Below, piece after piece: positions 24,855 through 37,768 of a stretch of 64,000 nt of DNA. The DNA comes from Marsupella aquatica. Its lineage: Eukaryota > Plantae > Marchantiophyta. The notes under the pieces were generated by a model, which saw only the letters and a program-made list of their open reading frames with translations, searched no databases and had not been told where the DNA came from. How positions within the stretch are numbered: position 1 is the stretch's first letter; each line of letters opens with the position of its first letter. The position numbers and the translations under genes are program-made. The DNA is taken from positions 11,306,858 to 11,370,857 of the forward strand of contig OZ316895.1 of the NCBI GenBank assembly GCA_973895155.1, given 5' to 3'.

Positions 24855-25517
24855 GGGCACCCAATTTTTTCTAGCAATTTAAACAAAAGTGGAAAGAAAG
24901 TATTTTTGGAAAACTGGCAAAAGTAGTGTTAGTTGGACACACAATTACTTTTACCAAATTTAGTATTTGTGACACTAATGTTGTAGGGATGCTAATTCTT
25001 GCATAACACTAGCTAATCATGGTGAAAAGTGTACTTTAGTTTTGGTTCTAACTTTGCTTTAGGTAGCTAAAGAAAAGTGAAGAATTGTAGATTACGGTTT
25101 ATAAAATAGTGATGTTTGAGGAGGTAGGATTGAGTGGTGGAGGTGTCCAAAACATCCCAGCATTTTTCAGTAGGTAGTTTGGATGTCAAGGATCACACCA
25201 AAGAGTTTAGGGTCATCCAATAAAATGTTGGGGTTGATCAATATTAACATTTTATAGGTTTTGTGGTGCTTTGTGCAACTGAGGTAAACCCAACAGCTAC
25301 TATTACAAAATTACTCTATTTTTGAGATTATTATAGAATTACTTTATTTTTTGGATTTTGGACAGCCAACCGTCCAAGGGGCCTGATCAAGTCTTGGATC
25401 ATCGTTGTGATCAATCAAGCACACAAGCCTGCTAGAGGAGCCAGTTCAGTCCTTACCCTCACTATATATTCGAAATTTATTAACTGGTCCATAACCAAAA
25501 ATGTACCCATTGAGACG

Positions 25518-25712
25518 CCACTATTGTACCCAAAGCGTCATGGGTATTAACATTTTTCGTTTTGGGGGTCAATGAAGCAAATCCACTATTGTACCCAAAA
25601 CTTCAGGGGTATGAACATTTTTCTTTTTGGGGGTCAATGAAGCAAATCCACTAGAGCACCCAAAACGTCAGGGGTATGAACATTTTTCGTTTTGGGGGTC
25701 AATGAAACAAAA
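25518..25712. repeat. Tandem repeat, 3 x 65 bp
   Basis: Units start at 25518, 25583 and 25648 (CCACTA...TTTTGGGGGTCAATGAAGCAAAT). Confidence 0.9.
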
Positions 25713-27135
25713 TTAATACCTGTAGTTGAGGAGCACTCGAGAGTAATGGAGTGGATGAGACGAGTGGACCGTGACGCCATCCTGCTCTAGGGAACGGAGG
25801 TCATGTTCAGAGCATGTGCCGCTCATTTTCAAATTTCAACTTCTCCACATCCATCACAGTCCGCACTCTTCACGCCGATCGGACAATCCTTCCATCGCTC
25901 ATCGCTCCTTCCATCGCTCCTTCCATCATTTGTTCATTCCTGTACGCACCGAGCTTCTGTGAGTCTGTGAGCTCCTGTCCTTTCTTTCGCTTCTGGCACC
26001 GCAATTCTTTCTCCTACTTCGTCTGCTCTTCTCGCCTCCCTTCGGAGCTCGTTTCGCCCCTCCCCGGCCTTGCTTTGTGGATTCATCCGTCGCTTTGATT
26101 TGGTCCCGAGGTTAATTTGACTTTCATTCGAACTTGCTGGCCATTGGCAGGCCGGCGGGCGACTCGCGGCGTCTGGAATTTGCCATCTCATTGGCTTCTG
26201 CACCGTTTCTGTTATTGTGATTTTGACTCGGAATTGAGGTGCCTTTCTTCGTCCCCCTTGTTATGTTGTTTGCCTTTGATTGAATCGTTCATGGAAGGGT
26301 TTGCGCAGCCTTTCTTTGACTTGCTTCAGTTTGGCGCTTGCAAGTGAACTTGCTAAACAGATCGATTCTCAGGACAATTTCTCTCTGCCTTTCTACTGGT
26401 CTCTGCTTCGTCCTGGAGTCTCCGCTTAGTTTTGGTAGCTCAGCTGTGGATTTCGCTTTCAGTTCTCGTCAACAGGGAGCGTCAACAGCGTGGATTCCAA
26501 TTTTTTGCAGCATCCGGAGGCATGCCCGACATTCTCCTGTTTTTCCATCTTGCTGCTTGTATACTTTCTCTGCTTAGAAGCTTCCCTAATCAGCATTGAC
26601 GAATATTTCTCGACATACACGAAGGACTGCCGGAAGAGGAAGTGGCTGACCATTGGAGTTTACTTGCAGGATACAATTCCGCGCTGCAGTTTGTCCGTTA
26701 AAATCATCGACAAAATCTTTAACAAAATCTTTAAACCAGAATAGGAGGCGGAGCTCTGGTCAGCTGGCGTTGTTGGTGGCTCAGTATTATGAAGAACTCT
26801 CTCAAAGCAATGCCAGGGGTTTGCTAGTCGGTTTTCCAAGAGCTAGAGATTCACCATGCAATGACGATGCACAAGCATCCGAGTTAGCGTTTCCATGTTT
26901 TTGAGTTCATTGGCTTCCAAAGGCGTATTTGAGAACGGGAGCAGAGTTACATAATGTCTACAGGAGGGCTTTCAATGAGAGAATGTGGGAGGGTACGCTG
27001 CGTCTTCCTCCAGGTGAACTTATGGTAAGCAAGAGAGGTATCTTGCAGCTGTCTTGGCGACAGCTTTCCAAGTGGGAGCTGTATCAGGACGCTATTTTAA
27101 TTAATTGTACGGTGTAGCAATTCGAAGTGGGAACG

Positions 27136-28941
27136 ATGGAGGGCAGAATGGAGACCAAGAGCCATCAGAAGACCATGACTTGTAGGAAAGACATGCAGTG
27201 CACATGCCCGATGTGTCTCGCCAGCTTTCAAGCCACATGGGATCTTCGCCGACCTCTGCCTTCGACCAATGCATTTCAGACGGTCACTAATCTGGAAGAT
27301 TCCTTTAATGATTATTACAGAACTCCGACCCCGCCTCGCTTCAAGGGAGGGAAGGAGAATGAGATACCTCGAAGTGCAGGCAATGACGAGAAGATATGCA
27401 GACCAGTGACTCCGTTTCTACTGAGGACTCATAGTCATCTTTCACTGGAGCCCTCGGGAATTGGATACAGTCCTCCAGAAAAGGTTGGGAAGCGACGATC
27501 TTGGACCCAGCGAAGAATCTGGCTCACAAGTTTTGCCTACCTAGCGTGTCTTGTTTCGATCTTGTTTTTGTTACCTAGATTAATGTTAAATATATATCCG
27601 CCAGAACTCAGCGGAGACGAAGTAGTACGAATCGTGGAAGAGTCAAGGGTCAGGATAAGGCTGGAGGACCGTTTTGATTTATTACAGAGGAGACTCTTGC
27701 AGTCCTTTCCTGATCAGGCAGTCAGCAATTGCACCGGGTCGACCGCAGCTTGGAAATTGAAAGAAGTGAGAAAGCTCCCTGATCCTTCAATTGCTAACCT
27801 CGCCTCGACAATAGAAGTTTAGCAGATTATTTGTTATCGTTTGGATTGCAGAATTCTTTCTCGAAAGGCAATACTGGTTTTTCTGGTTGAGACACTGAAG
27901 GACATCAATGGTACAGATCCTCAGAGTACTTGCTTTGGATAGTCCTCTAGCAGCCTGATGCCACTCGTAGTTTTCGATCCTCCAGACTGTTCTCTTGGTT
28001 TACTAACACCTCGAGCGTCTATTTTGATAAAATCTACTGCGAATCGTAACTTGCAGGCTGATTCCTTAATACGTTCGGAATGCAATTTGTTCTCTTCACC
28101 AGCAGAAAGTGTCTCAGTTTGGGGATATCCCGTTAAAACTGCTGGTATATTGGGTCGTTCTGTTCGAGATCGACATTTGATCGTCATTTCTGGACGAGTT
28201 CTTGAGGTGATCATCTCTCATTCTCTTCATTTCAAGATTCCAGCAGTAATGTCATCTTCCATCTTTCCAGTCCATTATTTCCACTTAGGCGATTAACGAC
28301 AGCTCACTACCACTTTTCAAGTGGGTCAAAATGTAGTTATTGAATTCTAGGGAATATCCCAATCCTTTTGTTCATCAGTACAAACTGGTTCTGAACGCTT
28401 GATCTCCATTGACAGTACATTGCTTGTAATGTCTGGCAAAAATATCTATGTTAACGAGCATTTCCTTTGCTTGTCAACTGATGGTCCAATGCCTCTTTCA
28501 TCCGTGCTACAATATCGGTAGATCTGCAGAAATATGCCCCTTGAATAAGCCTGGACAATTATGATTTGAAAATCTTAAAACCAGAATTGGAGATAGTGCC
28601 TGCAAACTTTCGGCTCTCGAGCACGTTTCTCTAGATTTGAATTGGTGACGTTCTCGTCGCAGTGGCGGGAGGGAGGGGTCGAGTACGAAATCCATACCGA
28701 AGGAGGAAGCTGGGTTCATCCTCAGTGGGCGGCGTCCACAGTTTATCTTGAAGGACATACTTGGATAGTAGAGTACAAGGCGGGAGTTTTATCTGGCTTA
28801 GGAAGCTTCTCTGGCATTACACACTTTCTTCAGCATCAAGCCCGCAAGGTTATGTCAAACTGGAATGCAGCATTTGATGCAGCAACAATGGCTTACTTCA
28901 GGGTCACCCACACGACTGGAACTGAAAATTCGCCGACATAG
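27136..28941 (+). CDS. Plant ERG2/sigma1-receptor-like ('C-8 sterol isomerase-like') membrane protein, ~352 aa; exons 27136-27765, 28057-28206, 28663-28941
   Basis: All introns GT-AG and phase 0; N-terminal CRKDMQCTCPMCLASFQATWDL motif, central TM helix, VSVWGYP..TAG.L and C-terminal TWIVEY motifs recalled from this plant family. Confidence 0.75.
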
Positions 28942-29671
28942 TTCTGCTAGTAGTTGAGATGTGTTGAGTTGGTAATGCTCACGTCGAACATTAGATCCAT
29001 TTTGTACAAGATGAGTGCAAAAATTCTTCCATCGTCTCGTTTTGGTTTAATGGATTGTTGTAGATGCTGTTTTGCATACCTACTCCGAGTCTGAAGATGG
29101 AATTCTGGCAGAAGCTTGATTTGTTAAGACTAGTGGAAAGTTCTCCTCTCCATTTTCTCCAACCCGGGGGGGTGCAAGAGCGATTCACCGTCATAGATGA
29201 GATCAGGAAAATATACCCATCATCCATTCACTGGTGGCTTGTTCTTTCCGATGGCTGTGAAACCACTAGATTGTTTATCCTCCTATCTAGAGATCTCGGA
29301 ATATGTTCAATCGGAATGGTTTATTATGGAGGACGAAGGGATAAACGTAACTGTGCACTTTTATAAGACGAAAAATTTATCAGAATTTGAGACTCCTCTT
29401 GGGACTCCGGATCTACAGACTCGTCCCACTCTAGTCGAAGCTTCTTCTGAGGTTTTCGCTCACAGCTGAAACTGATTCAACGATTTCATGCACAACTTCT
29501 AACTTCATGGTTCTGGAGGCTTGGTCGAGTCTTAAACCTAGTAAAGTGTCTCAAACCTTCACTCTGAGGGTCGATGATCTTCGGCTGCAACGTTTGATCG
29601 TCCCATATCCCTGCTCAGTCAGTTTTTAAAGTAAATTCCGTCCGTGAGCTTTTTACGGTCACAGCACAGAT

Positions 29672-30052
29672 CCTTTTCAAAGGCTAAAGTTTTAGGGATG
29701 GTCTGTAACACTCTGTCATCACTCAAAGGAATCGTACATTAACACTCCATGCTAAACTTTTAGAGAGGTAGGCTGGAGCACTTTCGTCATAACTGACAGA
29801 GATCGCACATTGAAACTTTTCACAGGCGAAAGGTTTAGGGAGGTGGTCTGTAACGCTTTCTTCATGATTGAAAGGGATCGGCAAATTTCACACTTTTTAC
29901 AGGCTAAAGTTTAAGGAAGGTGGTCTGTAATACTTTTGTCATAAACCCCATAGCTGTGAGAGATCACTCATTGAAACTTTTCACAGGCCAAAGTTTAGAA
30001 AGGGGAGCAGCAGGCTGAAGTTTTAGAGAAGTGGTCTGTAACATTTTTGGCA
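29672..30052. repeat. Degenerate tandem repeat, 4-6 partial units
   Basis: Recurrent TTTTCACAGGCTAAAGTTTAGG..GTGGTCTGTAAC. Confidence 0.75.
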
Positions 30053-32827
30053 TAACCATAAGAGGTCACCTATGGAGCCTGGAGGTTGAGACTCTCTAGT
30101 CGGTAGTGAATCGAGAACAAGAGGCGATTTTAACTTCCGATGCTCCCCTCTTGACGTGCTTTGATTGGGTACAGTTCAAAATTCCTCACTTCAAGCAATT
30201 CCCGATTGAAAACTGTCGAGCTACATATGCTTCAATGCTCCACCTTAGTGTCGAGATTTTTTCGGATATTGCCAGAGGTGTCTTCATTGGAATGGTTTGG
30301 CAAAATCATTATCTTGAATATGCAGTAGTCCACAATGTCACTTTCTTTTTCTTTGGGGAACCATTCATTCGGTAATCATTTACACATATTTAACTGTCCT
30401 GGGAGTGCTTTACTTGATGTTGCTTATAATCACCGAACGATTGATTGCAGGTCTACTTCTGGGTATTGCGTAACATAAATAAAGTGCGTGTACAACAGGG
30501 TCTCATTCATTTCGAGGCAAAACAAAAAAACAAGTGTATGGGAAAAGTACAAATGTATCCGCAACAAAGCGCAGGACTGGGTCTCACTAGCTTCGAAGGC
30601 AAAAAAAACAAACGCCTGTGATAAACAAATTGTCAATGCACAAAAGGCAGGACATGGTCGCTCGTGTGGTGGGATACCCGTTTATGATACGTGAATAATA
30701 TGATCATTGATTTGTCTATCTTCTGTATCGTTTCTGCACACTGAAAGAGTCTCACCCCCACACCACTGGAGTTTGTAATCAGAAAGTAATTAATTAATAA
30801 GGACAATGAGCAACATCTTGAGGCTGGTAAAGTTCTACTAGGTACTTTCACCACTGGATTGATCTAGTGGGGTACCTACCCTGCTTGCTGTCATTCGAGA
30901 AATTAATGGCCGAGTCCAATTTCACATCGTCTTAACAGACGACTCGTTAGCAGCTTGCTTCCTGGACAAAATAAGGTCAGTCCTCACAGAACATCGCCCT
31001 GCTCTTTAAAGTTGCTCTCCTTCGTGCAAATTTTTGGAAAGCAGAGGAGCTCTAAGTACCTTCCCAGTAATCAATTATCCATTTTCTATTGCACATGAGT
31101 GCAGGGACTTTCATTTTGCTGGGATGGATGTATAGATGGCCCCGATTGGGGTTTAGATACTATCTAGCCAATTGGACTTGTGAGGTACATTTAAATACTG
31201 CTTCAGAGGAGGTACAAGTGGATAAAAGACAATTACCTTCACAATTTGCGGGCGAACTCGGTGCATACAAAAAACCCTTCGATTAAAAAAGTAGCCAGTA
31301 CTTCAGGGAGACTGAGCATGGACAATTGAACGGATGTGCCCCGGCCATGAATTGTTTCCACGGGTATAATTTCTGGTTCACATATTGCCCGTTGCTCAAC
31401 TCGTCTCATCAGTGCCAAGCCGCAACTCATACATACACGCCCTGATTGTACAGGACCAGTAGATCCAACATGATTCTATGAAAGTGGATCAGATCTTCAC
31501 AACTCACACTCGCTTTCATCGTGACAACAAGGTAAGCTTAACATTCACCTTCGCATAAATACAGTTGCTCATGTCTTCCCGAAGGAGTCTATATCCCTTC
31601 TGAAGGCTTCAAGATTCCTATGACCTTCATGTGAGCTGCAATATTGCCAAACTGGTGATATGGGCTAATCTGAACGATACAAACAGCTGTAGTCCAGACA
31701 CAATTTCGTGAAGCATGGCGAGCATTGCCACCAAATGGAATGTCAATAATTGTCGAGAATGTAATGTTTCTCTGTCGGGGGACCAGATTTGGCCACGTGA
31801 CCAGAACATAGCAAAGTTCGAGGACAGGAGCACAAGCAGACTTACGTGAAACTCAGGGGTTCTGAAAGGGACAGTAATTATTTTGCTTGCCATTTTGACA
31901 GTAAAATATGACACCAACAGTGTACACGACACACCATAAGATCCCAGTAATATATAGGGAAAATTATCCTGCAGACAAGCAACAATTTTCCAACTGATAA
32001 CACTTGACATTATCTACCGTTTGAGGCAGATGACTTATTCAATCTCTCAGAGCAAAGCTTTCAATCCTTCCTCCTCAAATAAATGTTGGTTTGCTTTAAG
32101 GTGCCAGTAGTTGTTACTACTATTGTTTCTTGCACTTTCTTGTGAAAGATACATTCATCATTTCCTGATGGATTCAGCATCACCTGAGTGACGGGCAATC
32201 AAGCACAACTTTTAATGAGCTACACCACCCATTCAACCAGGAGCAGGATTCTTATGCTAAGACTCAGTGACAGCAGTCACTCTGCTGTCAGAGTGGACGA
32301 GCTTTTTGTCAACCGTATAAATAGAAAACTTTAGTTTTATCTTCTGGGTAACTTTGACTAAACTGTAAACTGAGCAAGATTTGACATTATTGTAGCCGTC
32401 TCTTTAATACCCTGATTCTCATGCCTTAGCTAGTCTATGAAGCACATCTTAAGACCACTGGTGGGGAAAGAGAAAAGAGTCAAGTTACAAGGTTAAACGG
32501 TACCTCTCACCAAAACATAGCTCCACCCAATCAAACATTCTGGTCATTTACAACTGTTTGAGTGTTGCTTGTGTCCAGGAAGCCACGCTCAGAAGGGAAC
32601 GGGAAGCAGATCCAAGCAGGCATAATTCTTCAATTTGAAAAATTCCAGCAGGACTATGATTTTTATGTCAACCTCAAAGGAGGTTGACATAAAAATCTTC
32701 TTCAGGCACTTGTGAGCGAAGATATCCTTGTGTAGCTTCCCAGTGTACAAGGCAACCAGTGAGCAAGCTCTTGCGTGTACAAATTCGAAAAATTGGTTGG
32801 CGGTGCAGCATATTTCCCATAATAATG

Positions 32828-34387
32828 TCAAGAAACAAGAGTCTCCCCAGCTCGGCATGCTCCCACCTGCATCCCTATATATTTTTCTTTCACCTCAACG
32901 ACTCTACAGCATTGCCTTCTTGGGTTCTGAACCCATTCTTCTCCCAGCGGCTCACTTTCAACAAATATGTCTGTGACGAGGGACATCGGAAGGAGCTTCT
33001 GCTGGCAAACTTTCGTTCTGTTGATCCTCTCAGCTTTCTTATAAGAAATCTGAATCAAGCCGCCCGTCGTGCTATTCGCCTGCTCCATATAATATGATGA
33101 CGGTTCTTCACAGATTTCCCTAGCCCGAGGCTGGGTACTGAAAGGAAATGCATATGACTCCCGCCTCCTGTGCCAGCTCAGAAATGTTATTGTGGGCACC
33201 TCCAACTGTGTGGGTGGGATAAAGCCTTTATGGACATTAATGACATATCCAGAAGACACAGAGAATGACCAATTCTTTCCGGCATCGTAGCAGATAGATT
33301 GCTGAAAGATGTCATAGGGGCTCACGTTCACTGCTTCCATGAGGTGTGCGAGTGCTTGAGGGCGATTATAGGTGGGAAAGAGAGGATAAATAGCCTGCAA
33401 GTGGTGGAGGGAGATGATGGGCACAAGGGGATGCGCTGACAGCAGTCCCTGGGCGTCCCCCCGCACATCAAATTGATGAAACCCTTCCTCCTTGGTAAGT
33501 GGGACACCAAGCTCGCTTACACAGGCCTTCATTCTGTCATCGCTCCCATACAACCATGGGTATCGATGAATGCAATCATCCTGTGTCTCAGCGAGGGTTT
33601 TGGCAAGGGCATAGCTAATGGCAAAACCACCGCCTCCATAAGCCATATTGTAACTAAACAGCTGATTCTGGATGTGGTCCTCCGAATTTTTCCCAATGTA
33701 CAAGAGCTTCCTGGGATCATACTTGCTCAAGACAGCGACCAGGTTCTCCGTGAAAAAGAAGGTATCATCGTCTCCCATTACAAACCAATCCACATTAGGC
33801 AGCCCCAGTCTATAGCTCTCGCTCACAATGCGAGAAATCCGTATTGCTGCCCTGCTGCCAGTCTTGTGGGTGTACCTGAAATGTGAAGTATTCTCGGACA
33901 CTTTGTACTCTGGATCCAGTTCTGGATCCCAGTCCTCGCCCACGTCCGAGTCAAACCACACATACCCTCGCGTCTTTCCTTTCTTCCACCATTTGTTGAT
34001 GAAATGCTTTCTGGTCTTCCACATATTGGCAGACGCTCCTATTCCAAAAACAATTCTGTCCAGGCTCGTTTCCCTGCTGCTTTCTCTGGCTGCATTTCTA
34101 GCAATGCTCTTCACCCCATTGGTCACGTTAACATTTTTCAGGACTGTAGGTTCAGCTGTGGCTGAAGAGCCGCCATGGCTTTGGCTGCAAGAATGGCTGG
34201 TGAGGAGCAGCAGAACGACGTAAGCGCAGGAGCAGATGCACCCAACTCCGATCACCAGCATGAACTTTGATGAGAAACTCCCTGCTGCCTGCTCTGCCAC
34301 TCCCCTCCATCCCTGCTGCGGGTATTGGCCTGACTTTCCCTGCTTACCACCGCCACCTCCTCCAGCCATCACGCCTCCTCCAGCCAT
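32828..34387 (-). CDS. Fringe-related glycosyltransferase (GT31/DUF604), 519 aa, single coding exon
   Basis: TM anchor; IVFGIGAS, WFVMGDDDT (DxD), FSYNMAYGGGGFAISY.LA, LYGSDDR..AC..ELGVPLTKEEGFHQFD, HPLVPIISLHHL, PRRQCCRV. Confidence 0.95.
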   Translation of the reverse strand: MAGGGVMAGGGGGGKQGKSGQYPQQGWRGVAEQAAGSFSSKFMLVIGVGCICSCAYVVLLLLTSHSCSQSHGGSSATAEPTVLKNVNVTNGVKSIARNAARESSRETSLDRIVFGIGASANMWKTRKHFINKWWKKGKTRGYVWFDSDVGEDWDPELDPEYKVSENTSHFRYTHKTGSRAAIRISRIVSESYRLGLPNVDWFVMGDDDTFFFTENLVAVLSKYDPRKLLYIGKNSEDHIQNQLFSYNMAYGGGGFAISYALAKTLAETQDDCIHRYPWLYGSDDRMKACVSELGVPLTKEEGFHQFDVRGDAQGLLSAHPLVPIISLHHLQAIYPLFPTYNRPQALAHLMEAVNVSPYDIFQQSICYDAGKNWSFSVSSGYVINVHKGFIPPTQLEVPTITFLSWHRRRESYAFPFSTQPRAREICEEPSSYYMEQANSTTGGLIQISYKKAERINRTKVCQQKLLPMSLVTDIFVESEPLGEEWVQNPRRQCCRVVEVKEKYIGMQVGACRAGETLVS

Positions 34388-35558
34388 CGCGCCTCCCTAA
34401 TCTACTGCCGAGCCACCTGGCCGTTCAGGTTATTGAGATCCTTGGGAGCCGTCCAGTCCAGGGAAGAGAAACACAAAGCTATGACTATCCCGCAAGTCCT
34501 GAGGCCCTTGTGTCTCCAAAGGAAGTGCTTCTAATTTCTTACGCGAATAGCTCAGTCCACGGCATACACTTCAAGAGCAAATGCACTCAGAAGCGATGTG
34601 AGACCGGATGATTACTACCCAGATCCGAGGGGAGACATTCCGAGAGATTTTCCAAGCACCATTGATCACCCTTACTCGCTCTGCCGCATTTTCATTGTTG
34701 TCCCGTTGATCCTGTCAATCGCTGCCCATCTCTCTCCCCCGACGATCTTCCAGAACAGGAGAGCGACATCTCAATATTAAGATAAGCGTTTCAATAACTT
34801 CCCAACATCCTCGTCGGACCGTGTGGTGGTCAGTCTTACGAAGACAGCTCGGTCTAAACGCTTCTCTGCAATAACTCCTTGCCACCGAATTGATCCCTAA
34901 TTTCCAGATCTGTTCAATCTGCAACTCTGTTGTCCCACTCATTAAATAGTGCTCGAGTTCTCGAGGGAATGCCCCGATGCTCCCATGCGTGTAAGATGAA
35001 AACGTCCACCAGGCGTCAACACATGGATGCAGCTGCGTTACTCATGGAACAATGGAGACCTCAGAGAGGGACTGGCCACATTCTGCAGGCAGAAGAGGTC
35101 AATGCAGAAATCGACAGATCAGATCCTGTCTCATACGGACTTAATTATGACCAGAAACGAGACAGAGGCAGAGTGCTCCATGCACAGAAGTTGAGCCGGC
35201 ACTTAACCCTGGCTGAACAGGCCTGCTGCTAATTGACCAGGACCCGACTGGAGAGCTGGCTTGGTGAGAGAGATTCATGAGAGTTACGGGTCCGGGAAGC
35301 TCTCTGAACAACGCTGTGTGCGTGGAAGCTCGGAAGGAAACAATTATTCAAAACTTTTGCGATGATTATTACTCCTGGTGCAAACTCATGTACAGTACCC
35401 ACAAGAGCTGTCTGGATCGCCATACTTTATGAGAGTATATTCCTCGACGACAAAGGTTTTTGGCAACAAGGACAAAGTGGGGACGTGTGCCCAATCAGCC
35501 TGAGAGCGTGGGCGAACATGATGTCCTTCAAAACCTAAAGTGCATTTTTTCGCCAAAC

Positions 35559-35798
35559 TGGGAGAATGCACGAGTGAACTGAATTAGTCCTCTAGTACGA
35601 TGGTGGGCATTGTCATGCCCAATGGAGAATGCCTGAGTGAGACCTGAATAAGTCCAGGAGTACGAGGATGGGCACAGTCATGCCAAATGAAAAATGCATG
35701 AATGAAGTGAATAGTCCAGGAGTACGAGGATGGGCACAGTCATGCCAAATGAAAAATGCATGAATGAAGTGAATAGTCCAGGAGTACGAGGATGGGCA
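35559..35798. repeat. Tandem repeat, ~3.7 x 62-65 bp
   Basis: GAATAGTCCAGGAGTACGAGGATGGGCA units at 35581, 35646, 35709 and 35771. Confidence 0.9.
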
Positions 35799-36792
35799 GA
35801 TAGGACCACAAATAGTTTTAAAAGTTTCCCACCATAGAGCACGTGGGCTACTTGTATAGGGGACTACTGGAAAGAAGATCCAAACCTATGCTCGCAACTG
35901 CGATAGTTTTCATCAGCTGACCAGAAGATCACAACTATAGTAGAGTAGTAGATACGTTTTGAAATGAGCCCCCCAAGAACAAGTAAAGAACCAGGACCGC
36001 GAGACGTGGTGTCTGGTATACAATTCTGAGCTTAGTGCTGAATGTACGCTTTCTTTTGGTCATGTTCGATAGCTAACGCTGTATGGAATATAGCGCCGCT
36101 AAACAGATTTTCCAAATGAGAGCTCTCGTGTGCTCTCATTTGTCTGGTCCCGTTTTGTGACTAGCTAGTTGCACGTCAAGGTGCCATTTGCCATTTCAAT
36201 TGCGCAAATTTAAGAGATGGTGGGACAATTTCGAGGGTGCATTATTGATCTCTAGCACTGGAACAGTAAAATTGTACTTCAGGCGGGATGCCCAAAGATC
36301 CAGATACAGGGCTACTCCCCGAGCTACTCTTCGTTCTTACATGCATATGGAAGGACAGTCTCTCCAAAAGTGATGCCCAAATGCTTCAGTTTTTCCAGCA
36401 AATTTGTCGGATAGCCCACCTCTTGGACTGCAGCTAGTCAACCCATTTCAACATTCGTCCAGCCATAGTTCCATCCCAGAATTGGATTTCAGTGAGATAC
36501 AAAGTGTGATTATGACGAAAGCACAGAAAGTTGCAAGGCAATCTTCATGTTGCATAGAGTGTCCTAGAACTCAATCCACCACACCCACCACTCGATCGAT
36601 CATTTGGTGGAAAACTTTTGGGTCTCTCACTCTTCTGCGCGAGCTCGCTAATCACCCAATTAGTGTCAACCTTGAACTATGAGTGACAAAGGGTCCTAAA
36701 GCGCTCACGATTCATGGGAAAAGGGAATAGCATTACTCTTGTCTTATCCTCTAACCTCAATTTCCTATTTCTCCTTGCAATTCTTTGGAGTT

Positions 36793-36901
36793 ACTTAAAG
36801 AGGAATCACGTGTACCGTAACTGTTGCAGAGCATGAATTGAAGCTATTGCTTAAAAGAGGAATCAGTGCACCGTAACTGTTGCAATGCATGAACTGAAGC
36901 T
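36793..36901. repeat. Tandem duplication, ~57 bp
   Basis: TTAAAGAGGAATCA..CCGTAACTGTTGCA..GCATGAA.TGAAGCT occurs twice. Confidence 0.8.
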
Positions 36902-37171
36902 GGACACGATTCCGTGAGCATCTCAGTCGATCTGCCCTGCCAATGCCATTTTGCGCTTAGTGTTTTAGTAACTGCTCAGTTTTGCGGTTGAACTGCTCGT
37001 TACGGTTATCATCCTGTAGGAGTGGCGTTACTTATGACGAAAATTGTAACACTTCTTATTTCCTTAACGTCCTTCATGATTTTCCCTTTGTAATTCTTGG
37101 TGCTTTGTATGTAGTAACGTATAGGTAACAGGCATTGTGGGCCATAAAGCCTGAAAAACGAGGGCTTTAGC

Positions 37172-37513
37172 TCTAGTTTTGAGGGCTGTTATTGCCCACA
37201 AGACGCCCTTAACGGATCACTTATACACCTAAAATGTCTAAGCTGTTTTTCCGTTTTAGTATGTTTAGTAAAAATAGAAGAGAAGCTTCGTAATACCCCA
37301 TCCAAATCTGGACTTTGCATTTTCTCCACAAATCACCAAAAACACCGAACAGAAATTGGCATTAAGTAAAGAACCGTCAGTTTTGGATTGTGGCATTAAG
37401 AAACTTCTCTGCTTTTACTTCAAAAATAGCAAAAATAGAAATCTCCTAGCCTTTGAGTGTGTTAACACCATGTTAGGATGGCAATATGGGCAATAATAGT
37501 CCCTCGAAACTTG
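37172..37513. mobile_element. MITE-like foldback remnant
   Basis: AGTTTTGAGGGCTGTTATTGCCCA (37175) is inversely repeated by TGGGCAATAATAGTCCCTCGAAACT (~37487-37511); true ends and TSD not resolved. Confidence 0.55.
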
Positions 37514-37603
37514 CAATCATTGGCACTTTTTGGACATAACTGTAGACAAGAGTATCCAATCATATTAATGTGTTTCGCTCCTGTCCATCTAGGTTTGACT
37601 TGA

Positions 37604-37768
37604 CAAAGGGGCTTCATAGGCAACTTTTAGGGTTCATCCAAGCTTTAGCTTCCTAACAATCACTTGTATAAAAAAATGTGAAAGTAAGCAAGGGGCTTCA
37701 TAGACAACTTTTAGGTTCATCCAAGCTTTAGCTTGCTAACAATCTCTTCTATAAAAAATTGTGGAAGT
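37604..37768. repeat. Tandem duplication, 2 x ~85 bp
   Basis: AAGGGGCTTCATAG.CAACTTTTAGG.TCATCCAAGCTTTAGCTT at 37604 and 37689. Confidence 0.9.

Noticed and set aside
33328-34611. Overlapping and antisense ORFs over the GT31 gene (likewise over FUT, GST, SWC6, DBR)
   Set aside because: Shadow frames of real genes with no motifs.
35559-35798. CRISPR-like periodic repeats (also 25518-25712 and 1225-1331)
   Set aside because: Whole units repeat with no unique spacers, no cas genes are present, and the context is eukaryotic.
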